From an uncultured Lachnospiraceae bacterium (GTDB taxonomy: Bacteria > Bacillota > Clostridia > Lachnospirales > Lachnospiraceae): DNA of 64,000 bases. A program made the position numbers and the translations under genes. The notes beneath the pieces were generated by a model. The model ran no database searches, was not told the origin of the DNA, and saw only the letters and a list, made by a program, of their open reading frames with translations. Shown piece by piece: positions 46,654 to 55,493 of the stretch (position 1 is its first letter; each line of letters opens with the position of its first letter). The DNA lies in contig CACWHK010000004.1 of the NCBI GenBank assembly GCA_902760755.1, forward strand, positions 12,666 through 76,665, written 5' to 3'.

Positions 46654-48795
46654 ATGAAGAAAAAACTGGTAAGCTGGATTCTGGTTGCAGCATTCCTGAT
46701 CTCGGGCATAGCCATAAATGCCCCCGATACTGCGGACGCTGCAAGCGGAACGTGGAAGAGTGATTCCAAGGGATGGTGGTATAGCTATTCCGACGGGTCA
46801 TATGCAAAGAACCAGTGGCTGCAGTATGGGGGAAAGTGGTATCATTTTGGCTCGAATGGTTATATGCAGACCGGATGGCAGCAGATCGACGGCAAGTGGT
46901 ATTACTTTGCGGCCTCCGGTATCATGCAGACCGGGTGGAAGCAGATCTCCGGAAAGTGGTACTTCTTTGCATCCGGAGTCATGCAGACGGGCTGGAGGAA
47001 GTTCTCAGGCGTCTGGTACTATTTCGGATCCAACGGTGCCATGCAGACCGGATGGAAGCAGCTCTCCGGGAAGTGGTATTATTTCTCTGCAGCAGGAGAG
47101 ATGCAGACCGGCGTTTTCACGATCAAGGGAAAGAGCTATTACTTCGGGAAAGACGGAGCATGGGTTGACCGTGAGCCGCCGATCAGGATCGATAAGGCAC
47201 ATTTCCCGGATGATAACTTCAGAGCCTATATAAAACAGGCCTTTGACGAGAACAAGGACGGGTCTCTTAGTGCAAATGAGATCATGCTGATCTGGAATGT
47301 TCACTGCGAGAACATGAACATTTATTCCGTGAAGGGGATCGAGTACTTCCCGGATCTGAAGGGACTCTGGTGCAAGGGAAATCATATCTCCGAGCTGGAT
47401 CTTTCCGGAAATCCGGGACTTAAGGGAATCTGGTGCTCCTTTAATGACTTCACATCTCTTGACTTTTCGGATTGTCCGGAGCTGGAGTGGGTATACTGCT
47501 TCAACTGTAAGCTGAAATCCCTGAATATCCGGAATAATCCGGAGATGGCTTATCTGGAGTGCAATTCCAATCCGGATCTGAAAACCCTGGATCTTACGCA
47601 GAACAGCAAGCTGGAAAATCTTTTCTGCAGTAAATGCGGACTGACCAAGCTGGACGTTTCGAAGAATCCGCTGCTTTGCGAGCTGGCGGCATTCTATAAT
47701 GACCTGAAAACCGTCGATGTATCCAACAATCCGAACCTGAAGCGGCTGGATATCTGGCATAATCCGAAGCTCGGAAATGTGGATGTCAGCAATCTGTCGG
47801 GACTTCAGTACTACAACTGTGCATGGACCTCGCTGACCAAGATCGATGTGACCCATAATCCGGAGCTGGTGGAGCTGGTCTGCGGATATAATGACGGACT
47901 GAAATCGCTGAATCTTTCCAGGAATCCCAAGCTGGCGTATCTGGCAGTGGAGTGCGATGTGAACCTGAAGTCTCTGGATGTTTCCAAGAATCCGAGGCTG
48001 TATTATCTGTTGGCATTCGGACTCAGCAGCATCGATAAGATCGATATCAGCCAGAACAGTCGTCTTTGCAAGGCTTATAATGAAGGCGAATATGTACATG
48101 AAACCGAGAATCTCGGAGCTGTCTACTCCATGACCATCGATTATGGCGGAAGCAGTGATCCCTTCGATGAGCTGAGACACTGTGTATGCTTTGATGACGG
48201 GTCTACCATCGTCGGTACCTATAAGGGTAAGAATGATGTAAAGGACAGTGTGCTCAATACGAAGGATGGCCATAAGAGTTCGGAGAAGTTTGTTACCAGA
48301 GCCCAGGCTATGCAGGCGCTGTATGAAGCGGCAGGAAGTCCGGCAGTATCGGGTAAATCCCGGTTTACGGATGTATCCTCCTCGGCATCCTATGCAAAGG
48401 CAGTGAAGTGGGGTGAGGATAAGAAGATCTGTTTCGGTTATCCCAATATCAGTTCGGATAAGTTCTGCCCGAATGAGCTGATCAGCAGACAGGATTTTGC
48501 GCTTATGGCCCATAGATATGCAGGTGTCATGGGCTTCGGAACGGCCCTGGACTACGGAAGAACCGACTGGTTTAATGACTACTTCGATATCGATTTTTAT
48601 GCATGGTGCCCCTTTACCTGGGCTATCCAGTGGCGGGTACTCACCTACGATAAGGATAAGAACCTCTGCTATCCGCGGGGCAGGATGACTGAGGCTGAGC
48701 TTGAGTCGGCCGTTAAGGAGATCTTTGATCTGGATGAGGGCGCTGCTTATTCCGGTATCGTAGGCGGAAATGAAGGAGACCCGAGCGGAAACTGA
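46654..48795 (+). CDS. Surface protein: cell-wall-binding repeats, leucine-rich repeats and SLH-like domains
   Basis: Signal peptide; MQTGW repeats; FPDDNFR cap and L-x-x-L-D-V-S-x-N-P-x-L LRRs; VTRAQAM/FTDV/ISRQDF SLH-like motifs. Confidence 0.88.
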   Translation: MKKKLVSWILVAAFLISGIAINAPDTADAASGTWKSDSKGWWYSYSDGSYAKNQWLQYGGKWYHFGSNGYMQTGWQQIDGKWYYFAASGIMQTGWKQISGKWYFFASGVMQTGWRKFSGVWYYFGSNGAMQTGWKQLSGKWYYFSAAGEMQTGVFTIKGKSYYFGKDGAWVDREPPIRIDKAHFPDDNFRAYIKQAFDENKDGSLSANEIMLIWNVHCENMNIYSVKGIEYFPDLKGLWCKGNHISELDLSGNPGLKGIWCSFNDFTSLDFSDCPELEWVYCFNCKLKSLNIRNNPEMAYLECNSNPDLKTLDLTQNSKLENLFCSKCGLTKLDVSKNPLLCELAAFYNDLKTVDVSNNPNLKRLDIWHNPKLGNVDVSNLSGLQYYNCAWTSLTKIDVTHNPELVELVCGYNDGLKSLNLSRNPKLAYLAVECDVNLKSLDVSKNPRLYYLLAFGLSSIDKIDISQNSRLCKAYNEGEYVHETENLGAVYSMTIDYGGSSDPFDELRHCVCFDDGSTIVGTYKGKNDVKDSVLNTKDGHKSSEKFVTRAQAMQALYEAAGSPAVSGKSRFTDVSSSASYAKAVKWGEDKKICFGYPNISSDKFCPNELISRQDFALMAHRYAGVMGFGTALDYGRTDWFNDYFDIDFYAWCPFTWAIQWRVLTYDKDKNLCYPRGRMTEAELESAVKEIFDLDEGAAYSGIVGGNEGDPSGN

Positions 48796-48822
48796 TAAAA
48801 GCCGGGGTGTGAATCAGGAAAA

Positions 48823-48867
48823 GCTTCCAAATCTCTCATTTTATGATGAGATTTGGAAGTTTTTTTT
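48823..48867 (+). terminator. Intrinsic terminator
   Basis: GCTTCCAAATCTC/GAGATTTGGAAGT followed by a T tract. Confidence 0.8.
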
Positions 48868-48890
48868 GATTTTCAGGATTCCCCTCTTTT

Positions 48891-48924
48891 TGTGATACTT
48901 CTGTGATAATTCGTGTGGTATAAT
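48891..48924 (+). promoter_or_regulatory. Activator-type promoter, copy 3
   Basis: TGTGATAC (48891), 3 nt, TGTGATAA (48902), 9 nt, TATAAT (48919). Confidence 0.75.
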
Positions 48925-48956
48925 CCAATACATACTTGATTTTATGGAGGTACGCA

Positions 48957-50141
48957 ATGAAGAAGAAGCAGGAGGGGGACAGACTTACGATCTGTCTGGA
49001 TGGACGAGTAGATTCGACGAATGCAGCGGATTTTGAAAGGGAATTGCTGGAGGCAGCTGCCGGTGCGTCCGGTGAAGATATTATACTGGATGCAGAGGAA
49101 CTGGAGTATATTTCCTCGGCGGGCCTACGGGGGTTGATGAAGCTGAGAAAACAGACGGGCAGGTCCATGTCGATCGTGAATGTCTCGCCGGATATATATG
49201 AGATCTTTGATACAACAGGGTTTACGGACCTTTTTGATGTGAAGAAGCGTCTCCGCAGTATCAGTGTCGAGGGGTGTGAGAAAATCGGAAGGGGTGCAAA
49301 CGGAGAGATCTATCGTCTGGACCCGGAAACCATAGTGAAGGTATATACAGGTGTCCGGAATTCACCGGAGAAGATCGCACACAACAGAGAGCTTTCCAAG
49401 AAGGTGTTTACCCATGGAATTCCTTCCGTAATACCCTTCGATATGGTAAAGGTCGGGGATGATTATGGTCTGGTATATGAAATGCTTTCCGGCGGTTCTC
49501 TGGCGAATCATCTTTCCAAACATCCGGAAGAGATTGAACTTTACGGAAAGAAGCTTGCAGAGCTTCTCCGTACGCTTCATGAGACAACCTTTGAGAAGGG
49601 AGAGCTTCAGGATGCCAGAAAGCCGTATCTGGATGATATAGAGCTTCTCCGAAACACCGGATGGTATACGGATGCAGAGGCGGATCGGCTGATCACGCTT
49701 GTGGAGGGGATCCCTGAGAGGAATACATTTATCCATCAGGATTTCCATCCCGGAAACATCATGCTGATGGACGGAGAACTGGTACTGATCGATGTGGATG
49801 ATTCGGGAATCGGGCATCCCATGCTGGATCTTATGGGTATGTATCAGGTTTATGTTGCTGCGGCCAAAACAGGATGGACAAAGATGATGATGGGGCTTGG
49901 AGAGGAAGAGTTCCGGCCTCTTTGGAATACGGCACTTCTGGAATACCTTGGGAAGGAACATGTGGATGATATTCCGGAGATCAACAGAGTGCTTCAGGGA
50001 TATACAAGAATGAAGCATATCCGCGGTGTGGCTACATCGCCGCAGGTTCCGGAGGAGCTGAGGAAGCCTGCCGTGGAAAGGGAAAAGGCTGAATTGTTTG
50101 ATGTGATAGACACGTTGTATCCGGTTCCGAAATGGTTCTAA
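48957..50141 (+). CDS. STAS (anti-anti-sigma) domain fused to an APH/choline-kinase-like phosphotransferase
   Basis: GRVDSTNA, YISSAGLR (STAS); GRGANG, IVKVY, HQDFHPGNIM, LID (kinase). Confidence 0.88.
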   Translation: MKKKQEGDRLTICLDGRVDSTNAADFERELLEAAAGASGEDIILDAEELEYISSAGLRGLMKLRKQTGRSMSIVNVSPDIYEIFDTTGFTDLFDVKKRLRSISVEGCEKIGRGANGEIYRLDPETIVKVYTGVRNSPEKIAHNRELSKKVFTHGIPSVIPFDMVKVGDDYGLVYEMLSGGSLANHLSKHPEEIELYGKKLAELLRTLHETTFEKGELQDARKPYLDDIELLRNTGWYTDAEADRLITLVEGIPERNTFIHQDFHPGNIMLMDGELVLIDVDDSGIGHPMLDLMGMYQVYVAAAKTGWTKMMMGLGEEEFRPLWNTALLEYLGKEHVDDIPEINRVLQGYTRMKHIRGVATSPQVPEELRKPAVEREKAELFDVIDTLYPVPKWF

Positions 50142-50168
50142 GCTGGATGGACTGCAGATTAAAGGATT

Positions 50169-51008
50169 ATGATGATGGAAAAACAGGGAATTGATCTGCC
50201 GGGGATCGGAAATGCGAGAGAACTCGGCGGATATAGAATCAAAGATAAGGTGATCCGTCGGGGAGTTCTTCTTCGAACAGGAAAGCTGGATCAGGCAGCT
50301 TCGGAGGCGTTGCAGCTGTTGCAGGATAAGTACAGGCTGCAGACAATCGTGGATTTCCGGATGAGCACGGAAAAAACCGGGCAGTCAGATCCGGAGATTC
50401 CCGGGGCAGAGTATGTCCACCTTCCGGTATTTGAGATAGAGGATATGATGGACGGGGCTGATCCCGGGCTGGTGGCATTTTATATGGAACATGCAACGGA
50501 TCGAATGGCGCTGTTCGAGTTGAGCTATGAGCAAAAACTGGTGGATGAAAAGCTTTATGTCCGGTTTTTACTGGGAGACCGTGGAAAGCATGCAGTGAAG
50601 GAGTTCTTTCGGCTGCTTATGGAGTTGGAGAAAGAAAGAGCAATCCTCTGGCACTGCGCAGACGGGAAGGATCGCACAGGCTGTGCAGCCATGCTGATCC
50701 TGTTCGCTCTTGGCGCGGATCGGGAGCTGGTCCTTCGGGATTACCTTCTGACGAACGAATATAATGCCCCGATTCTGGAAGCGATACGGGCAAAGGTGGC
50801 TCCGATGAGGATGCCGGAAGATAAACTGAAGCTGCTTCTTTTTATGTCAGGGGGAGTATTCCCGGAGTATATGGATCATGCGATCGACGCGCTGTGCGAG
50901 CACTATGGATCGGTTCAGGGGTACCTTGAAGAGGAGATCGGACTGGGAAAATATGAGCTGGAGAAGCTGAAGGAGGCTTTTCTGGTAACGGATGATCATG
51001 ATCAATAA
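50169..51008 (+). CDS. Cys-dependent tyrosine/dual-specificity phosphatase (PtpB/IphP-like)
   Basis: NARELGG, DFR, HCADGKDRTG P-loop, DYLLTN. Confidence 0.92.
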   Translation: MMMEKQGIDLPGIGNARELGGYRIKDKVIRRGVLLRTGKLDQAASEALQLLQDKYRLQTIVDFRMSTEKTGQSDPEIPGAEYVHLPVFEIEDMMDGADPGLVAFYMEHATDRMALFELSYEQKLVDEKLYVRFLLGDRGKHAVKEFFRLLMELEKERAILWHCADGKDRTGCAAMLILFALGADRELVLRDYLLTNEYNAPILEAIRAKVAPMRMPEDKLKLLLFMSGGVFPEYMDHAIDALCEHYGSVQGYLEEEIGLGKYELEKLKEAFLVTDDHDQ

Positions 51009-51023
51009 TAGTGGAGGTTAATT

Positions 51024-52232
51024 ATGAGAAAGAATCTTGAAGGAAACAAGCTGACACTGTTCCTGGAAGGACGTATTGACACAAACAATGCTCCGGAGGT
51101 TGAAAAGGAATTGCTGGAAGCGGTGGCCGAGGCTCAGGACGCGGAACCGGTCCTGGATGCAGAAGGATTGGAATATATATCATCTGCAGGACTTCGCGGG
51201 CTTATGAAGCTGAGAAAACAGACAGGAAAGGTTATGTCGATCAGGAATGTGTCCTCTGATGTTTATGAGATATTTCAGACTACGGGCTTTACAGACCTTT
51301 TTGATGTGCAGAAACGTCTTCGTGTGATCAGTGTTGAGGGCTGTGAAAAGATCGGAGAAGGCGGTAACGGGAAGGTGTTCCGTCTGGATGAAGATAAGAT
51401 CGTGAAGGTTTACAAGCCCTGGATGCAGATGGATGCGATCGAAAGGGAGAGGAGCTTCGCAAGAACCGCATTTATCAATGGTATTCCGTCTGTGATCGCA
51501 TACGATACGGTGAAGGTTCCGCAGCCGGAGGGAGAGTGTCTGGGAATCGTCTTTGAGATGCTGGATTCCGATACACTGGGGCATGCCATGGCGAAGAATC
51601 CGGAGAAGCTTCCGGAGTTTGTGGATCGGTATGTTGAACTTGCAAGATCGCTGCATACCACGCATGTTCCGGAGGGCAGTTTTACAAAGATTCAGGATGT
51701 GGCGCATGGGTATGCTGATAATCTGGGTCAGTGGTGCTCCAGGGAGGAGATTGAGCTTTTGCATGGGATTGTGGATTCGATTCCTGAAGCGGATACGGTG
51801 GTACACAATGACCTGCATCCCGGGAATATCATGATCCAGAACGGGGAGCTGATCCTGATCGATATGCCGGCAGTAACCATGGGACCCCCGGTCTGTGATC
51901 TGATGACGATCTTCCGTGATATGATCTCTGCGCCTAAGAGGAGTCCTGAACATGTCGTTCACAGCATCGGCATGCCTGCAGATCTGATACTGAAAGCCGG
52001 AAATCTGTTTTTCATGAAGTATACCGGAATTACCGATCCGGGTGAGCTTGAGGCATTCTACAAGAAGCTTGGACTTCTTTATTCGGTTGACGTTGTCCTG
52101 TTTACCGGATCCGGAAACAAAACTGCCATGGAAAGGGCGGATCAGATCATGAATAATCTGCTGCGTCCGATTGTCATTCCGAACGAGCAAACGATCAAAT
52201 ACCTGTTCCGGACACTTGTAGAGATGAAGTAG
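51024..52232 (+). CDS. Second STAS-APH-like kinase fusion (paralogue)
   Basis: GRIDTNNA, YISSAGLRGLMKLRKQTG, GEGGNG, HNDLHPGNIM. Confidence 0.88.
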   Translation: MRKNLEGNKLTLFLEGRIDTNNAPEVEKELLEAVAEAQDAEPVLDAEGLEYISSAGLRGLMKLRKQTGKVMSIRNVSSDVYEIFQTTGFTDLFDVQKRLRVISVEGCEKIGEGGNGKVFRLDEDKIVKVYKPWMQMDAIERERSFARTAFINGIPSVIAYDTVKVPQPEGECLGIVFEMLDSDTLGHAMAKNPEKLPEFVDRYVELARSLHTTHVPEGSFTKIQDVAHGYADNLGQWCSREEIELLHGIVDSIPEADTVVHNDLHPGNIMIQNGELILIDMPAVTMGPPVCDLMTIFRDMISAPKRSPEHVVHSIGMPADLILKAGNLFFMKYTGITDPGELEAFYKKLGLLYSVDVVLFTGSGNKTAMERADQIMNNLLRPIVIPNEQTIKYLFRTLVEMK

Positions 52233-52364
52233 TAAAACGGGATTGAATGGCGGGGAGAAGACCGGGATTTTCACTATGTTGTGATTCTGTTGTAGTCTGT
52301 CTGCTATACTTCCCTTTGTTCCGTGATTCACAGGGGATTTGTATTTCGAAAGGAAAGGGTGAAA

Positions 52365-53957
52365 ATGAGAAGGAGAAGAATAACAACGATGGTCATCGCA
52401 GGAATGCTGGCTTTATCCATGGCGTTCACCGGCTGTGAGAAGAAGACGGAGGGTGATACCTCTGCGGCGACAGAGGAGGACAGCACGGTAGCTGCCACGG
52501 AGGAAGGTACCAAAGATGTGGCAACTGAGGATCCCTCTACAGAAGCAACAACCGGGGAGGGCGCCACGGAAGCTGCAACTCCAGGCGGCGGTACAACAGA
52601 TTCAAAGATCACACTTGAGAATATCCGTTCCTATGTGGTCGGGATCGATGAGCCGGTGGAGCTGAAGGACGGATCGAAGCAGCCGTTGATCAACTTCGAT
52701 AATGCGGCGACCACACCGTCACTGACTCCGGTTTCGGAGCTGGTGGAGGAGGAACTGAAGATGTACGGCTCCGTAGGACGCGGGTTCTCTCAGAAGTCCG
52801 ATCACTCCACAGACTTTGTGTATCAGACCAGGCAGAAGGTCCTCGAGTTCGTGGGTGCGGATAAAGAGAAAGATGAATATTGTTGCGTCTATGTGAATAA
52901 CACGACGGATGGTCTGAACAAGCTGGCTTCGGCACTGGTCAAGGATAAGAATGATGTGGTCCTTACCACCCGGATCGAGCATCATTCCAATGATCTTTCC
53001 TGGCGTGAAAGAGGTACGGTGATCTACGCTGAGGTAGATGAGAAGGGACGTGTAAAATACGAAGATATCGAGAAGCTTCTGAAGGAGAATAAGGTCAAGA
53101 TCGTCTCCGTAACGGCGGCTTCCAATGTAACCGGTTATGTAACAGACGTACACCGCGTGGCAAAGCTGGCGCATCAGTATGGTGCGATGCTGGTTGTGGA
53201 CGGTGCGCAGATCGTTGCTCATCGCAAGTTTGAGATGAAGGGTGCCACTCCGGAGGAGGATGTGGATTTTCTGGTATTCTCTGCACATAAAATGTACACT
53301 CCGTATGGCGGAGGTGCCATCGTCGGCAAGCAGGAGCTTATGAATAATACCATGCCGGATGTATATGGCGGAGGTACGGTACATATCGTGGCTGACAGTC
53401 GTCAGGAATACAAGAACGCGCCGGAAAGCTGGGAGGCAGGTTCTCCGAACTATCCGAGTATCGTAGGACTCAGCAAAGCCATCGACATCCTTGAGGAGGT
53501 TGGTTTTGACAAGATCGAAGAGCATGAGAAGGTACTGAACCGGAAGTTGATCGATGGTCTGAAGAAGTTTGATAATATCATCATCTATGGTGATACGGAG
53601 AACATCGATGACCGGGTGGGCGTTGTCACATTTGACTTTACGGATTTGAATTCCTATTACCTGGCGGTTGCCTTGAAGGAGTATGGTGGTGTGGCTACCC
53701 GCCGCGGATCCTTCTGCGCGCATCCCTATGTGTGGAGACTGAAGGGGATTTCGGATGATCAGGTTGGAGCCTTTGAGAACTGCGAAGCTGCTTATACTCC
53801 GGGTATGGTCCGTGTAAGCTTCGGGATCTATAATACCGAGGAAGAAGTAGATAAGTTCCTGGAGGTGCTTCCGAAAGCCATCGAGGAGGGAAAGAAGGAA
53901 GTACAGAGGCTGACGGATTCCGATCAGCTGGTTAAACCGATCGATCCTACCTTCTAG
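52365..53957 (+). CDS. Lipoprotein-type class V aminotransferase / SufS-like cysteine desulfurase
   Basis: MRRRRITTMVIAGMLALSMAFTG-C lipobox and T/E-rich linker, then NFDNAATT, EHHSND, DGAQ, SAHKMY, EAGSPN, RRGSFCAHPY, RVSFGIYN. Confidence 0.85.
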   Translation: MRRRRITTMVIAGMLALSMAFTGCEKKTEGDTSAATEEDSTVAATEEGTKDVATEDPSTEATTGEGATEAATPGGGTTDSKITLENIRSYVVGIDEPVELKDGSKQPLINFDNAATTPSLTPVSELVEEELKMYGSVGRGFSQKSDHSTDFVYQTRQKVLEFVGADKEKDEYCCVYVNNTTDGLNKLASALVKDKNDVVLTTRIEHHSNDLSWRERGTVIYAEVDEKGRVKYEDIEKLLKENKVKIVSVTAASNVTGYVTDVHRVAKLAHQYGAMLVVDGAQIVAHRKFEMKGATPEEDVDFLVFSAHKMYTPYGGGAIVGKQELMNNTMPDVYGGGTVHIVADSRQEYKNAPESWEAGSPNYPSIVGLSKAIDILEEVGFDKIEEHEKVLNRKLIDGLKKFDNIIIYGDTENIDDRVGVVTFDFTDLNSYYLAVALKEYGGVATRRGSFCAHPYVWRLKGISDDQVGAFENCEAAYTPGMVRVSFGIYNTEEEVDKFLEVLPKAIEEGKKEVQRLTDSDQLVKPIDPTF

Positions 53958-54061
53958 TTCGTTTCATCTCAGAATCATTCTTTCTATACCTGCCGTCGTG
54001 CCGGGACTGAACTCCACGACGAAACTCATGAGGAAGGAAGAATAAACAGGTAATTCATGAT

Positions 54062-54096
54062 AAGGGCTGTCAGTTCGTCAATGACAGCCTTTTTTC
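54062..54096 (+). terminator. Intrinsic terminator
   Basis: GGCTGTCA/TGACAGCC followed by a T tract. Confidence 0.8.
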
Positions 54097-54220
54097 TTTT
54101 GCCGCCGTTATGGAATATCCACATGCAGGGATGTACCTGGTGGTTAGTGTGTGGCAGGAATGGCAGAACGAACGTTTTTTTCTAAGCCGGACCACATTAA
54201 TATAAAAATGTCTTTTGATG

Positions 54221-55105
54221 TTAAAGAATACTTGTAAAAGATTGCTTCAACTGCGCAAGAAATCTTTCGGCAATAGGAGTGAACGCCTGATAACGATTCC
54301 AAGCAATATAGAGTTTGGTTTCTGCTTTTGGAGTGAGTGGACGGAAAACAAGACCGCTACTTTCAGAAGTATCGATTAGATGTTTAAATGTAAGCAGATA
54401 CCCCAGACCTTCTTTTGCAAAAATCGATCCATTATAGGACAGACGGAATGATCCTTCCAATTTCATTTCGGAAAATGATGCTCCGGCCCACTCTTTGATC
54501 TCATTATCCCATGCCTGCTCAGAACAGAAGAGGGGCAGTCCGACCAGATCTTTCGCACGGATAGTCTTTTTCTTTGCCAGCGGATCATCCGCCGGCATCA
54601 CAAGCCCCCACTTATCACTTTCCGGGAATTCGATATATTCATATTTGCGACTGTCGGGATATTCAGCCAGAACAAGAAAATCCAGCAGTCCTTTGTCGAG
54701 TTTGTCCGCTATCTGTTCTGTATCGCCGCTTGTGATGTGGTAATGAAGGTTCGGATAGCGTGTCTTAAATTCTTTTATAACTCTTGCAAGGTATTTGATC
54801 TGATATGATTCCGCAAGTCCGAGGTATAGTTCGCCTCCGGTGATGTCATCAAGGGATACGAATTCCTGCTCGATTTTATCGGCCATACTGATCAGATCTT
54901 CCGCACGGTTCCGAAGAAGGATGCCTTCATCCGTCAGACATATGCTGAAACTGTGACGGGTAAAGAGCTTCTTTCCCAGTTCATCCTCAAGGGCTTTCAA
55001 TTGCTTTGAAAGCGTGGGTTGTGTAACATGCAGAAGCTCTGCAGCACGGGTCATATTTTCTTCCCTTGCAACGGCAAGGAAGTATCTAAGGGTTCTTATT
55101 TCCAT
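54221..55105 (-). CDS. LysR-family transcriptional regulator
   Basis: MEIRTLRYF...AAELLHVTQPTLSKQLKALEDELG. Confidence 0.95.
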   Translation of the reverse strand: MEIRTLRYFLAVAREENMTRAAELLHVTQPTLSKQLKALEDELGKKLFTRHSFSICLTDEGILLRNRAEDLISMADKIEQEFVSLDDITGGELYLGLAESYQIKYLARVIKEFKTRYPNLHYHITSGDTEQIADKLDKGLLDFLVLAEYPDSRKYEYIEFPESDKWGLVMPADDPLAKKKTIRAKDLVGLPLFCSEQAWDNEIKEWAGASFSEMKLEGSFRLSYNGSIFAKEGLGYLLTFKHLIDTSESSGLVFRPLTPKAETKLYIAWNRYQAFTPIAERFLAQLKQSFTSIL

Positions 55106-55245
55106 GAGGATCATCCTTTCATACTATCGTTGATATTCCCAAAAGGCATATCACGATATTCATTATAACCATTAGCGAGGATTCGTTCAAGCGTTTATGA
55201 TAGGAACTGTAAAGAAAAGAATCTATGCAGGATGCGAGGAATACC

Positions 55246-55476
55246 ATGGATCTGAAACGATTGAAGCAAAACCTGTCCGATGCGGGTTGCTGCAAAAAAA
55301 CAACTGAGGACGTCATAAGGATGTGTGAATCCGGAAACATGGCAGGTGCCCTGCAAATGATGAGGAAAGACCGGTGCAGGCTGATGGATGAGCTGCACGA
55401 GAGCGGAAGGAAGGTCGATTGCCTGGATTTTCTGATCCGTACCACGGAAAAGGAAATGAAGCAGGCAGACCGGTAG
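55246..55476 (+). CDS. Small conserved hypothetical protein
   Basis: QNLSDAGC...VDCLDFLI pattern, recalled from small clostridial ORFs next to LysR genes; GAGG RBS. Confidence 0.65.
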   Translation: MDLKRLKQNLSDAGCCKKTTEDVIRMCESGNMAGALQMMRKDRCRLMDELHESGRKVDCLDFLIRTTEKEMKQADR

Positions 55477-55493
55477 AATTGGAGGTAATCACG

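Noticed and set aside
48957-52232. APH-like kinases as aminoglycoside resistance genes
   Set aside because: Only the generic kinase motifs are shared; the STAS fusion and paired phosphatase point to another role
53995-54035. Hammerhead ribozyme (CTGA...GAAA)
   Set aside because: The core CTGANGA is not matched (CTGAACT) and the stems do not fit the topology
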